From assembly GCA_049970495.1 (NCBI GenBank), contig JBMFMV010000002.1, positions 2,485 through 66,484 of the forward strand: DNA of 64,000 bases, read 5' to 3'. Shown in pieces: positions 1 to 11,020 of this stretch. The position numbers were made by a program, and so were the translations under genes. The notes under the pieces are model-generated. The model ran no database searches. It had not been told where the DNA came from and saw nothing but the letters and a program-made list of their open reading frames with translations. Each line of letters starts with the position of its first letter. Position 1 is the stretch's first letter. Source of the stretch: a bacterium (lineage in GTDB: Bacteria > DUMJ01).

Positions 1-803
1 TTCTTCCCCAATAGAGCTTCTAATTCTTCTCTAGCTAAAGTACCTATCTCTTTGAGTTTCCTCCCATCTTTTCCTATGATAATACCTTTCTGAGAATCTT
101 TCTCTACAAATATTATAGCTCTTATGTAGAATATATTCTCCTTTTCATAGAACTCCTCAAGAGTTACCGCAACACTATATGGAATCTCTTGATAGGTAAG
201 CAGAATAACTTTTTCCCTTATAATTTCTCTTATCCTATCCTCTATAGGCTCTACTGTCTTAGTATCCTCCGGATAATACTGTGGACCTTCTGGTAGATAC
301 TTTTTTATAATCTCCTCTAACTTATCTAGATTTGTCTTATAAAGTGCAGATACAGAGATTACTTCATCATAACTATTTAGATTTATTTTATCCTTTATAC
401 CTTCAATCGGATCACCATGAACTAAGTCGCACTTATTTATTACAAGGACCTTTTTTGTACTATACTTAGATAAGATATATCTATCTATATAGACATCCTC
501 ATCAGTAATCTCTGTGGCATCAACTAGAAAAAGTATAAGGTCCACATCATCCTCTAAGGCAGATATAGCACTCTTTACCATATGTTCACCCAGATTGTCC
601 TTAGGCTTATGTATACCTGGAGTATCCATAAACATTATTTGGAAGTCATCTTTAGTAAGAATACCTAGTATATTCTTTCTTGTAGTCTGAGGTCTATCAG
701 ATATAATACTTATCTTTTCCCCTATAAGGGCATTTAAAAGGGTAGACTTTCCAACATTCGGTCTGCCTACTATTGTTACCAATCCAGATCTCATACTAAG
801 CAC
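1..803 (-). CDS. era: GTPase Era. The N-terminus is in the window (ATG at 801-803 on the complement). The 3' end runs off the window edge.
   Basis: The reverse-strand translation begins MRSGLVTIVGRPNVGKSTLLNAL, which carries the G1 motif. It continues with DTPG (G3) and NKCD (G4). The tail is KH-domain-like (IGKDGRKLKEIG). It is not in the ORF track because there is no stop codon inside the window. Confidence 0.8.
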   Translation of the reverse strand, partial: MLSMRSGLVTIVGRPNVGKSTLLNALIGEKISIISDRPQTTRKNILGILTKDDFQIMFMDTPGIHKPKDNLGEHMVKSAISALEDDVDLILFLVDATEITDEDVYIDRYILSKYSTKKVLVINKCDLVHGDPIEGIKDKINLNSYDEVISVSALYKTNLDKLEEIIKKYLPEGPQYYPEDTKTVEPIEDRIREIIREKVILLTYQEIPYSVAVTLEEFYEKENIFYIRAIIFVEKDSQKGIIIGKDGRKLKEIGTLAREELEALLGK

Positions 804-2189
804 CTATCTTCTAAATATAGAACCCAAAATAGTCTTACTGCTTGCTAATGCAATATGAGTAATTGTAGGGTGTGATCTTAACAGGTCATCTAATGCATCT
901 ACAAAAATGTCCAGATCCTCTTGGTTTATTACAAGAGGTGGCTCTAGTCTTATGACATTCGGATTATTCAATGTATAGGCAGTTATAATATGGTATCTAT
1001 TGAGAAGCTCTCCCGCTACTAAGGAACCTAGATATTCACTTGTCACTCTACTCACCCCACCACCGGTAATCTTATTTATTATTCCTCCTTCTATCTGATG
1101 AAATTCTAGTCCTATCATTAATCCTCTACCCCTTATATCTTTTATAAGCTTGTACTTTTCCTTTAAACCTAGCAATTTCTTTAAGAAATAGTCACCCTTA
1201 ACTCTAGCCTGTTCAGAGAGATTTTCTCTCACTATTACATCTATAGTCGCTATACCAGCAGACATAGCCCAAGAGTTTCCCCCAAACGTCGATGTATGAA
1301 GGAGGCACTTATCTAGCCCACCATAGCCCTTCTCCCATACCTCATCGGTAGAGACAATAGCTCCTATAGGCATTATACCTCCCCCTAAAGACTTGGCTAG
1401 ACACATAATATCTGGAGTTACCTCTTCTTTCTGACAAGCAAACATATATCCTGTCCTACCAAAACCTGTCTGTATCTCATCAACTATAAGTAAAGCTCCG
1501 TATTTATCGCATAATTCTCTTGCAGACTTAAGATAACCGTCAGGAGGAACAATTATTCCTCCTTCACCCTGAATTGGTTCTACTATAAAACCGGCAACAT
1601 CTTTAGGTTTCAAAGCAGATTCCAAAGCATACAGATCTCCAAAAGGAACCTCCCTTACATCCTGTAATAGGGGCTCAAAAGGTTTACGGTACTTTTCTCT
1701 CCCTGTAACAGATAGTGCACCAAAAGTCTTTCCGTGAAAAGAATTAGTGCAATATACGAATACTTTCTTCCCAGTAGATATTCTTGCCAATTTCAAAGCA
1801 GATTCTACCGCTTCTGCCCCACTATTACTAAAGAAAACATGTTTCAATCCCTTTGGGGATATCATTGCCAGGTTGTGTGCCAAACCTGCAGAGAGCTTAT
1901 TTAGTGAAGCTTGTAAGATATTAGGTCTATCCTTTATTTTTTCTATAGCAGATATTATAGCTGGATGATTATGGCCAAGATTAAGGGCACCATAACCGCC
2001 AAGGAAATCTATATACCTATCTCCTTTTTCATCCCAGACATATACACCCTGTGCCTTTAGAAAGTTCTTATCAAAGTCTAAAAGTGACAAAAGTCTAGCG
2101 AATCCAGAGTTTACATAATCCCCATATATCTTTCTACTTGTATCCCTATCAAAGTTTAATATCTCTTCTAAACTTAATAATCTTTCCAT
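804..2189 (-). CDS. Class-III PLP-dependent aminotransferase (ornithine/acetylornithine/4-aminobutyrate aminotransferase family).
   Basis: 461 aa. Motifs of the AT-III family are present: GHNHP, FSNSGAEAVESALKLAR, DEIQTGFGRTG and TSTFGGN. It lies immediately downstream of argH in the same orientation. Confidence 0.75.
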   Translation of the reverse strand: MERLLSLEEILNFDRDTSRKIYGDYVNSGFARLLSLLDFDKNFLKAQGVYVWDEKGDRYIDFLGGYGALNLGHNHPAIISAIEKIKDRPNILQASLNKLSAGLAHNLAMISPKGLKHVFFSNSGAEAVESALKLARISTGKKVFVYCTNSFHGKTFGALSVTGREKYRKPFEPLLQDVREVPFGDLYALESALKPKDVAGFIVEPIQGEGGIIVPPDGYLKSARELCDKYGALLIVDEIQTGFGRTGYMFACQKEEVTPDIMCLAKSLGGGIMPIGAIVSTDEVWEKGYGGLDKCLLHTSTFGGNSWAMSAGIATIDVIVRENLSEQARVKGDYFLKKLLGLKEKYKLIKDIRGRGLMIGLEFHQIEGGIINKITGGGVSRVTSEYLGSLVAGELLNRYHIITAYTLNNPNVIRLEPPLVINQEDLDIFVDALDDLLRSHPTITHIALASSKTILGSIFRR

Positions 2190-2192
2190 ACT

Positions 2193-3617
2193 CTACCCCC
2201 TATTTGATATCAACTCCTCTATAGTTATAGAGGGAATACTCTCTATTAATTTTAGACTCTCCTTTAACCAATCTCTATTCAAGAGTATCTGATACTCAAC
2301 CTGAGTCTTACTTGTTCCTCCATAGGTATCTCTTCTTGCTATAGAATTCTCAAAGGAGAAAAAATCCTCTGGTAGTGACAAAAATTCCTTATGAAATTTT
2401 TCCCATTCCTCTGTAGTTAATTGACTAAAACTCTTATTATTCTCTTGACAGTAAAAGACAATATCTCTTACTATATGATGAGCAGAGCGGAATGGAATAC
2501 CCTTATTTACCAAAAAATCTGCTAGGTCTGTTGCCATTAAAAACTCATCTTTTAGATTTTCCCCTATCCTTTCTCTATCAAACTCCATATTCTCTAATAG
2601 CCCTTTAATAATTTTCATTGATAAGATGAAAGAATTAGAGGCACTAAAGATAACCTTTTTATCCATCTGTAGGTCTCTATTATATGTAAGGGGTAAACCT
2701 TTCATCATAACAGTAAGTATATCTAAATATCCAAGAAACTCCCCTACTAGCCCCCTCAAAAGCTCTGCTACGTCTGGATTCCTCTTCTGGGGCATCATAC
2801 TACTTCCAGTCGTATAGCCAGGACTTAGTTTTACAAATCCAAATAGAGGATTGCTCCATATTACTATCTCTTCACCAAATCTACTTATATGAATAGATGT
2901 CATAAGTATGTCAAACGTATATTCTGCCAGGTAGTCTCTATCACTTACAGTGTCTATACTGTTATCTGTAGGTTTATTAAATCTTAGTAACTCTGAAATA
3001 AAAAATCTATCATAAGGAAAATCTAGTCCTGCTAATGCACCAGAACCTAAGGGACATTCGTTCAATCTTGGATAAAGCGAGTAGAATCTGGAAAAATCTC
3101 TTTTTAGCATCTCCACGTAAGCCAAAAGATGGTGGGAGAGTAAGATGGGCTGGGCAGGCTGTAGATGGGTAACCCCAGGGATAATTATATCTAGAGATAT
3201 ACTAGCAAGATCAAGCAAAGCCTTTATTACATCTCTTATACATACAAGGGATTCCTTTAATCTATCCCTTAGATATAGTCTCTCATCGAGAACTACCTGA
3301 TCATTTCTGCTTCTAGCAGTGTGGAGCTTTCTTGCAGGTTCTCCAATAAGGTTTGTAAGCTCTACTTCTACAGCGGTATGGACATCCTCATACTTGGAGA
3401 AGTCTATATCTTTTTTGTCCTTAAGTACGCATAAACCATCTATAATGGATCTTGCCTCTTCTTGAGTTATAATCCCACCTTTACATAGAGTTAATGTATG
3501 GGCTATTCCCCCTAGGATATCATAATAGAATAACTCTTTATCTTCATCTATAGAGTACGTAAAAGCCTTTACTATATCTGGAAGGTCTTCATTAGCCGAC
3601 CATAAAAATGCAGTCAT
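2193..3617 (-). CDS. argH: Argininosuccinate lyase.
   Basis: 474 aa. It carries the fumarate-lyase superfamily signature GSSMMPQKRNPD. TARSRNDQV and the HLQPAQP segment match ArgH. Confidence 0.85.
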   Translation of the reverse strand: MTAFLWSANEDLPDIVKAFTYSIDEDKELFYYDILGGIAHTLTLCKGGIITQEEARSIIDGLCVLKDKKDIDFSKYEDVHTAVEVELTNLIGEPARKLHTARSRNDQVVLDERLYLRDRLKESLVCIRDVIKALLDLASISLDIIIPGVTHLQPAQPILLSHHLLAYVEMLKRDFSRFYSLYPRLNECPLGSGALAGLDFPYDRFFISELLRFNKPTDNSIDTVSDRDYLAEYTFDILMTSIHISRFGEEIVIWSNPLFGFVKLSPGYTTGSSMMPQKRNPDVAELLRGLVGEFLGYLDILTVMMKGLPLTYNRDLQMDKKVIFSASNSFILSMKIIKGLLENMEFDRERIGENLKDEFLMATDLADFLVNKGIPFRSAHHIVRDIVFYCQENNKSFSQLTTEEWEKFHKEFLSLPEDFFSFENSIARRDTYGGTSKTQVEYQILLNRDWLKESLKLIESIPSITIEELISNRG

Positions 3618-3618
3618 A

Positions 3619-6600
3619 TTACCTCCAAGGATTTATAATCCTATCCTCTATAGGGGGAAGTAGCTTATGATAATCATTTATTGAACATACACCATATTCG
3701 ATTCCTTCTGGATAGACCCTAACCGCTCTACTTATTGCATCTAGTAAATCTATAGCAGTTATCATTGGAATCTGCCACTCAACAGTCATTCTCCTTAGCT
3801 TAAATCCAAACCTATTAGAATCTTTTCCTTTATTCGGAGTATTAACAACTAAGTCTATTTTACGACTTCTAAATAGATTCTCTACCTCTTCTAGGGAAGA
3901 GATTCTAGAACTCTCTATCCCTTCAGATTTCAACCACTCATAGGTACCAGAGGTGGAATAGAATGAATACCCACAAGATTTCAGCCTCACTATGGAATTT
4001 AAAGTTTCTTCCCTAAATCTCTCATTTAGAGAGAGAATAACCCCATAATTCTTACCAATCTTTATCCCTGCAGATATAAGTCCTTTTAAAAGTGCCATCT
4101 CAAATACGGGGTCTATTCCCATCACTTCACCAGTAGACTTCATCTCTGGTCCCATTATCGGATCTACCCCTTTAAGTTTACCGAAGGAGAATACTGGAAC
4201 CTTTACAGAATAATAAGGTGGATCTCTTAAGATACCCTCTTTTAGCCCACAATCACTTAATTTCTCACCCAACATAATTCTAGTTGCTATATGGACAAGA
4301 GGAATCCCTGTTGCTTTACTCATAAAAGGAATGGTCCTACTTGCTCTAGGATTTGCCTCTATTATGTAGACCTTATCCTGCTTATCTATGGCAAACTGTA
4401 TATTTATAAATCCTCTTACATTTAATGCCTTTGCTATCTTATATGCGTACTCTAACATAGTTCTCTGAACATCTGGTGACAAGGAGAAGGGTGGATAAAC
4501 GGCAGTACTATCTCCAGAGTGAATCCCTGCCCTTTCGATATGTTCCATTATTCCAGGGATAAAAACCTCTTCTCCATCACAGATTGCATCTATCTCTGCT
4601 TCTTTACCAACTACATATTGGTCTATAAGTATAGGATAATCTGGAGATATGCCCAAGACATACTTTACAAAACTTATAAACTCTTCCTTGTTGTAGAGTA
4701 TCTCCATAGCCCTACCACCAAGGACATACGATGGCCTAACCAGTAGAGGAAAACCTATCTCATCTGCAATGGCTAAGGCTTCATCTAGAATAAGTGCAGT
4801 ATGTCCTTTTGGTCTAGGGATATTTAACCTTTCAAGAAGGGCATCAAACCTGTTCCTATCCTCTGCTATATCGATACTATCTACAGAACTACCAAGTATT
4901 TCAAATCCAGCATCTTTTATCCTCTTAGCAAGATTTATAGCAGTCTGTCCTCCAAGCTGAACAATAACTCCTTTAGGATTTTCTCTTCTAAGGACATTTA
5001 CAACATCTTCCGCTCTTAGAGGTTCAAAATATAATTTATCTGCAGTATCAAAGTCTGTACTTACTGTCTCTGGATTATTGTTTATTATTATTGATGTATA
5101 ACCTTTTTCTTTTATGGCAAAAACAGCATGAACGGTACAATAATCAAACTCGATACCCTGTCCTATCCTTATTGGTCCAGATCCAATAACACATACCTTC
5201 TCTTTATTATCTTTGTCTAGTACTTCGTCTTCTGTTTCATATGTTGAGTAATAATAGGGAGTTATTGCAGAGAATTCTGCAGCACAGGTATCCACCATTT
5301 TATAGACAGGAAATATCCCCTTTTCTATCCTCTCTTTGGAGACCTTACCAATGTTTTCTCCTCTACATTCTGCGATATACGCATCACTCATACCAATTTT
5401 CTTAGCTAGTGGTAGTAGACATCCATCACTCTCTTTAATCCTTCTTTCAAAATCTACAATGTTTTTTATCTTGTATAAGAAAAATCTATCTATATGGGTA
5501 AGCTCGTATATACTATCTACTTCCCACCCTCTTCTCAAAGCCTCAGCTATAAGAAATAGTCTCTCATCATCTCCTCTTTTTAGTCTTTCTCCTATATCTT
5601 TATCACTCAATAAGGATATCTCAGGTCTTATAAGCCCCTCTCTACGATGCTCTAGAGACCTAATCGCTTTTAGAAGCGCCTCTTCAAAGGTTCTACCTAA
5701 AGCCATAACCTCTCCAGTAGCCTGCATCTGTGTTCCAAGTCTTCTATCTTTTACGGGAAATTTATCAAAGGGCCAACAAGGAATCTTTACCACTACATAG
5801 TCTAAGGCTGGCTCAAAAGCAGCAACAGTTTCTCCAGTTACAGGATTTTTTATCTCTTCCAGCAATAATCCTAATGCTATCTTGGCACTTATCCTAGCTA
5901 TAGGATATCCTGTAGCTTTTGAAGCTAGAGCACTAGACCTACTTACCCTAGGATTTACCTCTATTACATAGTATTTAGTGCTATTTGGGTCTAGGGCAAA
6001 TTGTATATTACATCCACCTTCAATCTTTAATCCATCTATTATTTTCAAAGAAGCAGTCCTCAGGAGTTGATACTCTTTATTGGTCAGAGTCTGACTTGGG
6101 GCAATAACAATACTGTCTCCAGTATGTACCCCCATAGGGTCAAAATTTTCCATATTGCAAACAGTTATGCAGGTTCCGCTGCTATCTCTCATTACTTCAT
6201 ACTCTATCTCTTTCCATCCTTTTACACTCTTCTCCAATAGAACTTCGCCAACCATACTAGCATTAAGTCCTATAGAGACGACCTCATCTAATTCGTCCCA
6301 GCTCTCTACAAAGCCTCCTCCTGTTCCTCCAAGAGTATAAGCAGGTCTCACAACAAGCGGCAATCCAACTTTCCTAGCAAACTCCCTTGCTGATTCAAGG
6401 TCCCTAACGATCTCACTCTCAGGGACAGGTTCGCCTATGCTTAGTATAAAATTTTTAAACAGTTCTCTATCTTCTGCATTTTTTATTGCAGTAAGAGGTG
6501 TACCTAAGAGTTCTACCCCATACTTATCTAAAATGCCTGCCTCGTGCAATTTTACTGTCAAATTAAGCCCTGTCTGTCCACCAAGTGTAGGTAGTAATCC

Positions 6601-6852
6601 ATCTGGTCTCTCCTTAGCTATAATCTTTTCTATAGCCTCTACCTCTAGAGGCTCTATATAGACCCTATCCGCCATTGTAGTATCAGTCATTATTGTAGCT
6701 GGATTACTGTTTACTAGGACTACACTAATCCTTTCCTCTCTCAGAGATTTACATGCCTGAGTCCCAGCATAATCAAATTCAGCTGCCTGGCCTATTACTA
6801 TAGGACCAGAGCCTATAACTAACACCTTTTTGATATGGTTTTTAAGTGGCAT
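3619..6852 (-). CDS. carB: Carbamoyl-phosphate synthase large subunit.
   Basis: 1077 aa. It has duplicated ATP-grasp halves and starts KKVLVIGSGPIVIGQAAEFDYAGTQA. A second VCVIGSGPIRIGQGIEFDY repeat follows, and the C-terminus is an MGS-like domain. Confidence 0.95.
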   Translation of the reverse strand: MPLKNHIKKVLVIGSGPIVIGQAAEFDYAGTQACKSLREERISVVLVNSNPATIMTDTTMADRVYIEPLEVEAIEKIIAKERPDGLLPTLGGQTGLNLTVKLHEAGILDKYGVELLGTPLTAIKNAEDRELFKNFILSIGEPVPESEIVRDLESAREFARKVGLPLVVRPAYTLGGTGGGFVESWDELDEVVSIGLNASMVGEVLLEKSVKGWKEIEYEVMRDSSGTCITVCNMENFDPMGVHTGDSIVIAPSQTLTNKEYQLLRTASLKIIDGLKIEGGCNIQFALDPNSTKYYVIEVNPRVSRSSALASKATGYPIARISAKIALGLLLEEIKNPVTGETVAAFEPALDYVVVKIPCWPFDKFPVKDRRLGTQMQATGEVMALGRTFEEALLKAIRSLEHRREGLIRPEISLLSDKDIGERLKRGDDERLFLIAEALRRGWEVDSIYELTHIDRFFLYKIKNIVDFERRIKESDGCLLPLAKKIGMSDAYIAECRGENIGKVSKERIEKGIFPVYKMVDTCAAEFSAITPYYYSTYETEDEVLDKDNKEKVCVIGSGPIRIGQGIEFDYCTVHAVFAIKEKGYTSIIINNNPETVSTDFDTADKLYFEPLRAEDVVNVLRRENPKGVIVQLGGQTAINLAKRIKDAGFEILGSSVDSIDIAEDRNRFDALLERLNIPRPKGHTALILDEALAIADEIGFPLLVRPSYVLGGRAMEILYNKEEFISFVKYVLGISPDYPILIDQYVVGKEAEIDAICDGEEVFIPGIMEHIERAGIHSGDSTAVYPPFSLSPDVQRTMLEYAYKIAKALNVRGFINIQFAIDKQDKVYIIEANPRASRTIPFMSKATGIPLVHIATRIMLGEKLSDCGLKEGILRDPPYYSVKVPVFSFGKLKGVDPIMGPEMKSTGEVMGIDPVFEMALLKGLISAGIKIGKNYGVILSLNERFREETLNSIVRLKSCGYSFYSTSGTYEWLKSEGIESSRISSLEEVENLFRSRKIDLVVNTPNKGKDSNRFGFKLRRMTVEWQIPMITAIDLLDAISRAVRVYPEGIEYGVCSINDYHKLLPPIEDRIINPWR

Positions 6853-7930
6853 AGGTCTTTCTCATACACTCCTTTGCAAATTCTTCGAATAAAAATTTAG
6901 TATCTAATGGACCAGGTGAAGCCTCTGGATGGAACTGAACACTCATTATAGGCCTTTTGGTAGATTTTAACCCTTCCACTGTCTTATCGTTGAGATTTAT
7001 AAAACTTACCTTTATATCCTCAGGTAAACCTTTCGGATCTACCACATAACTATGATTTTGTGAGGTTATATATACCTTTCCTGTAATAAGATTCTTTACC
7101 GGCTGATTTGCTCCTCTATGTCCAAACTTTAATTTATATGTAGTGCTTCCAAGTGCTAATCCTATAATCTGATGTCCTAGACATATACCAAAGAGAGGGA
7201 TCTCTTCTTCTATAAGCCCCTTAACTGTCTCCACCACATAGGTTAATCTCTTAGGATCTCCAGGTCCATTAGAAATTAAAACGCCGTCGGGGTCAAATGA
7301 AAGGACATCGTCTTTTGTATACCAAGCAGGGACAACAACTACTTGAAAACCAAGTGATAGCAAAGACCTAACTATCCCCTGCTTTACTCCACAGTCTATA
7401 AGGACAATCCTTTCACCTCCTTCACCAAGATATACAGGGTCTTTTACACAAGACGACTTTACAAAATCAAAATCCTCTATATGCCAGTTAAGAATCTTAT
7501 CCATTAGTTCCTCTTTTCTCTCTTGAGAAAATTCTCCTGAAGAAATCACTCCCCTTAAAGTCCCAAATATCCTAAGTTTTCTAGTTAAAGCCCTAGTGTC
7601 TATACCTGAAAGACCTACAATACCAAATTCTTTTAAGAAACTATCAATATCATAATCTATACCCCAATGGCTTGGAATCTCGCAGTATTCTCTTACCACA
7701 ATGCCCCTCAATAGAGGGACCTCAGATTCTCTATCCTCAAGCTGAATTCCATAGTTTCCTATTAATGGATATGTAAACACTAGTATCTGCCCACTGTAAG
7801 AGGGGTCAGTAATAGACTCTGGATAGCCAACCATAGATGTGTTAAATACAACTTCTCCAATAGACTCTCCTTCTGCCCCAAAAGAGATCCCCTCTAATAA
7901 TGTTCCATCTTCTAATAAAAGAAATCCCAA
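6842..7930 (-). CDS. carA: Carbamoyl-phosphate synthase small (glutamine amidotransferase) subunit.
   Basis: 362 aa. The GATase class-I catalytic motif GICLGHQ is present, followed by the conserved H...E region. It overlaps the carB start by 11 nt. Confidence 0.95.
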   Translation of the reverse strand: MGFLLLEDGTLLEGISFGAEGESIGEVVFNTSMVGYPESITDPSYSGQILVFTYPLIGNYGIQLEDRESEVPLLRGIVVREYCEIPSHWGIDYDIDSFLKEFGIVGLSGIDTRALTRKLRIFGTLRGVISSGEFSQERKEELMDKILNWHIEDFDFVKSSCVKDPVYLGEGGERIVLIDCGVKQGIVRSLLSLGFQVVVVPAWYTKDDVLSFDPDGVLISNGPGDPKRLTYVVETVKGLIEEEIPLFGICLGHQIIGLALGSTTYKLKFGHRGANQPVKNLITGKVYITSQNHSYVVDPKGLPEDIKVSFINLNDKTVEGLKSTKRPIMSVQFHPEASPGPLDTKFLFEEFAKECMRKTYAT

Positions 7931-9106
7931 CTAGTTAGATCCCTCCTTTAATACCTTCTCTAATATATGTACTCCTTCTTCTACCTCTTGTTCATTTATT
8001 ATAAGAGGAGGTACTATCCTTACTGTATTCTTCCCACAAGTTATTAATAAAAGTCTCTCCTTAATACATCTTTCACATATATTTCTTGCATTACTCTTTA
8101 CATCAATTCCATACATTAGCCCAATCCCTCTTATCTCTATCACATCGTCCAAAAGAGCCAATCTTTCTCTCAGGAGATTACCCAGGAATTCTCCAACCCT
8201 ATTTATCTGAGGAAGAAGCCTCTCTACTTCATCTACTACCACATTAGCAACACTAGTTACTAAAGGATTCCCGCCAAATGTGGAGGCATGATCACCATAA
8301 TGAAGCACCTCTGCCACCTTGTTATTTATCAATGTAGCACCAATCGGTAATCCTCCTCCTAAACCCTTAGCAAGGGCAAGTATATCTGGGACTACTCCAA
8401 AGCGCTGGAAGGCAAACATAGCTCCAGTCCTTCCTATTCCTGTTTGTACTTCGTCAAATATAAGTAGAGTATCGTACTTATCACATAGGTATCTAGCTAT
8501 CTCAATAAATTCTCTATTAGCAGGATTTATACCACCTTCACCCTGAATTGGTTCTAGGATAACCGCACAATAATCGCCCTTCTTAAGCTCTTCTTCTAGC
8601 GCTTTAGCATTATTAAATTCGATAAACGTGACTCCATCTATAAGTGGTTCGAATGGTTCTTGATACTTCCTCTGCCCTGTTACTGATAAGCTCCCCATTG
8701 TTCTCCCATGAAAAGAGTTTAAAGTTGATATAAACTTATATTTTCCAAGTCCTTTCCCCCATCTTCTTGAGAACTTAAGACCAGCTTCTACAGCCTCTGT
8801 TCCACTATTACAGAAGAAGACTTTACTTAATCCCGATAATCTTACTAATTTTTTGGCTAATTCTATCTGAGGTTCTGTGTAGTAAAGATTAGAGATATGA
8901 GTAAGCCTTTTTACCTGTAGCGTTACTGTCTCAACAATCTTAGGATGAGCATATCCTAAGGAATTTACCGCTATACCGCTAGCAAAATCTAGATATCTAT
9001 TGTTATTCTCATCAAAGACATACACCCCTTCACCTCTAACAATTGTTAAAGGGAATCTGTTATAGAGTGGTGCTAGATATAGACTTTCTTCTCTAAGATC
9101 CATCAT
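7931..9106 (-). CDS. argD: Acetylornithine aminotransferase.
   Basis: 391 aa. It is a class-III aminotransferase with DEVQTGIGRTG and TFGGNPL. It sits inside the arg operon between argB and carA. Confidence 0.85.
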   Translation of the reverse strand: MMDLREESLYLAPLYNRFPLTIVRGEGVYVFDENNNRYLDFASGIAVNSLGYAHPKIVETVTLQVKRLTHISNLYYTEPQIELAKKLVRLSGLSKVFFCNSGTEAVEAGLKFSRRWGKGLGKYKFISTLNSFHGRTMGSLSVTGQRKYQEPFEPLIDGVTFIEFNNAKALEEELKKGDYCAVILEPIQGEGGINPANREFIEIARYLCDKYDTLLIFDEVQTGIGRTGAMFAFQRFGVVPDILALAKGLGGGLPIGATLINNKVAEVLHYGDHASTFGGNPLVTSVANVVVDEVERLLPQINRVGEFLGNLLRERLALLDDVIEIRGIGLMYGIDVKSNARNICERCIKERLLLITCGKNTVRIVPPLIINEQEVEEGVHILEKVLKEGSN

Positions 9107-9836
9107 CTTTCCCTCTTATGACTGTTCCTTGTGTAAGGTTATTTCCTATCCAAACCTCTTTTACGCCTGCATCTATTGCAGATATAGCAGACTTTACCTT
9201 TGGTATCATTCCTTCTTTTATTATCCCTTTCTCCATAAGGGACTTTGCCTTTTCTAAATCCAAATTTGGTATAAGATTCTTGTTCCCATCTAGAATACCT
9301 ACCACATCGGTAAAGAGAAAGAGCTTATCTGCCTTAAGTGCCTTCCCAACTTCTATGGCAACAAAGTCTGCATTCACATTACAGGGAAGCCCATCTTCTG
9401 TCTCAGATACAGGCGAAAGAACTAAAGTAAATCCAATTTCTAAAAGCTTTTTTATCGGTTCTACATTTACATATTTTATCTCCCCTACGTAACCAAGTTC
9501 AATCTTTCTCCTTGTAGTTATAAGATTTAGATCCCTACCACTTATACCTATAGATTTTATACCCATGTGACAAAGGATACTCGTAATCTGCTTATTAACT
9601 AAGCCGCTTAGGACCATCTCTACAATCTCCATGGTTCTTCTATCTGTATATCTTTCTCCATCAACAAAGTAGGTCTCTATACCTAATTCCGATAAAAATG
9701 TTGTTATCTGTTTCCCCCCTCCGTGAACAAGAACAAATGGATTTCCATTGGCGATCTCCCTAATACCTCTTATTACCTTCTCTAAAGCTGACGGGTTTTC
9801 CGCTATACTTCCACCTAACTTGACTACTAAACTCAT
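9093..9836 (-). CDS. argB: Acetylglutamate kinase.
   Basis: 247 aa amino-acid kinase fold. It begins VVKLGGS, then VLVHGGG, and has NVNAD near the C-terminal part. Operon context supports the call. Confidence 0.9.
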   Translation of the reverse strand: MSLVVKLGGSIAENPSALEKVIRGIREIANGNPFVLVHGGGKQITTFLSELGIETYFVDGERYTDRRTMEIVEMVLSGLVNKQITSILCHMGIKSIGISGRDLNLITTRRKIELGYVGEIKYVNVEPIKKLLEIGFTLVLSPVSETEDGLPCNVNADFVAIEVGKALKADKLFLFTDVVGILDGNKNLIPNLDLEKAKSLMEKGIIKEGMIPKVKSAISAIDAGVKEVWIGNNLTQGTVIRGKDDGS

Positions 9837-11020
9837 GAGAGATAACTTCCGTTTATATATACGTATTCTGGAGTAAGGTCACAACCCCAAGCTTTTCCTT
9901 GGGCATTACCTTCTCCAACAATTATCTTGATTTGCACCTCCTCACTTTCTAATATTTTACTTACTCTACTTATATCGAAATCAACCCCAACTCCATTTTC
10001 AACCAACTTGACATCTCCAAAATATATACTTACCTTTGAAGGATCAAATGGATCTGGGTTAGCTCCAAGAGCACTCATTATTCTTCCCCAATTTATTTCT
10101 TTTCCCCAGATTGCAGATTTAAAAAGATTGCTACCTACCACTGCTCTTGCCATCCTTATAGCCTGATCTTCATTTTCTGTTCCAATCACCTCCACTTCAA
10201 TAAGTTTCTTCGCCCCCTCTCCATCTCTTGCTATCTTTTTAGCTAGTTCGACCATAATATCTTTTAATGCATCTCTAAACAGTAAGAACCCCTTCTCACT
10301 AGCATCTCTTATCTCTGGATTACCTGCTCTACCATTAGCAAGGATAATAACACTATCATTTGTACTCATATCCTTATCTATAGTGATTGCGTTTAAAGAT
10401 ACTTTGACTGCAGATTTAAGAGCCATTTTAAGTAGTCCTTTTTCCATATCTATATCTGTTGTAATAAAGCATAATAGAGTGGCTAAGTTTGGATGTATCA
10501 TCCCAGAGCCTTTGGCACAGGCACCTATCCTTATAGTTGTCCCATTATAAAAAAAGGAGGTTTGCACCTCCTTAACTACCCTATCTGTCGTCATAATCGC
10601 CCGTTCAAAAAGTATCCCAGCCTCTCTGCTTAATCCCTCTATAAGGATAGGAAGACTTTCTATTATCCTATCTACAGGAAGTCTCCTTCCTATAACTCCT
10701 GTAGAAGCAATTCCTAAAAGTCTTGGGTCTTCTTTTAGAAGACTCCCAAGAGTATTTAGAATGGCCTCTGCATCTAAAAAACCCTGCTCACCTGTACAGG
10801 CATTAGCGCATCCACTATTAGCTATAATACCTCTTAATATACCCCCTTTTAATCGTTCAGCAGTTATTATTACTGAAGGAGACTTTACCTGATTTGTAGT
10901 AAACAGTCCACCAGCTTTAGCCGGACATACACTTAAAAGTAGACCTAAATCTAACCCCTCTCTCTTTACCCCGCTATGTACACCGTTAGCCAAAAATCCT
11001 CTAGGGAATGTTACACTCAT
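9833..11020 (-). CDS. argJ: Bifunctional glutamate N-acetyltransferase / amino-acid acetyltransferase.
   Basis: 395 aa. The autoprocessing-site region ATLLCFITTD (the ATML-type motif) is present. The rest matches the ArgJ family pattern. Confidence 0.9.
   Translation of the reverse strand: MSVTFPRGFLANGVHSGVKREGLDLGLLLSVCPAKAGGLFTTNQVKSPSVIITAERLKGGILRGIIANSGCANACTGEQGFLDAEAILNTLGSLLKEDPRLLGIASTGVIGRRLPVDRIIESLPILIEGLSREAGILFERAIMTTDRVVKEVQTSFFYNGTTIRIGACAKGSGMIHPNLATLLCFITTDIDMEKGLLKMALKSAVKVSLNAITIDKDMSTNDSVIILANGRAGNPEIRDASEKGFLLFRDALKDIMVELAKKIARDGEGAKKLIEVEVIGTENEDQAIRMARAVVGSNLFKSAIWGKEINWGRIMSALGANPDPFDPSKVSIYFGDVKLVENGVGVDFDISRVSKILESEEVQIKIIVGEGNAQGKAWGCDLTPEYVYINGSYLS

Noticed and set aside
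5336-5800. 154-aa plus-strand ORF inside carB.
   Set aside because: It is antisense to the highly conserved CarB coding sequence. The translation is Ser/Leu-rich and typical of shadow frames in AT-rich DNA.
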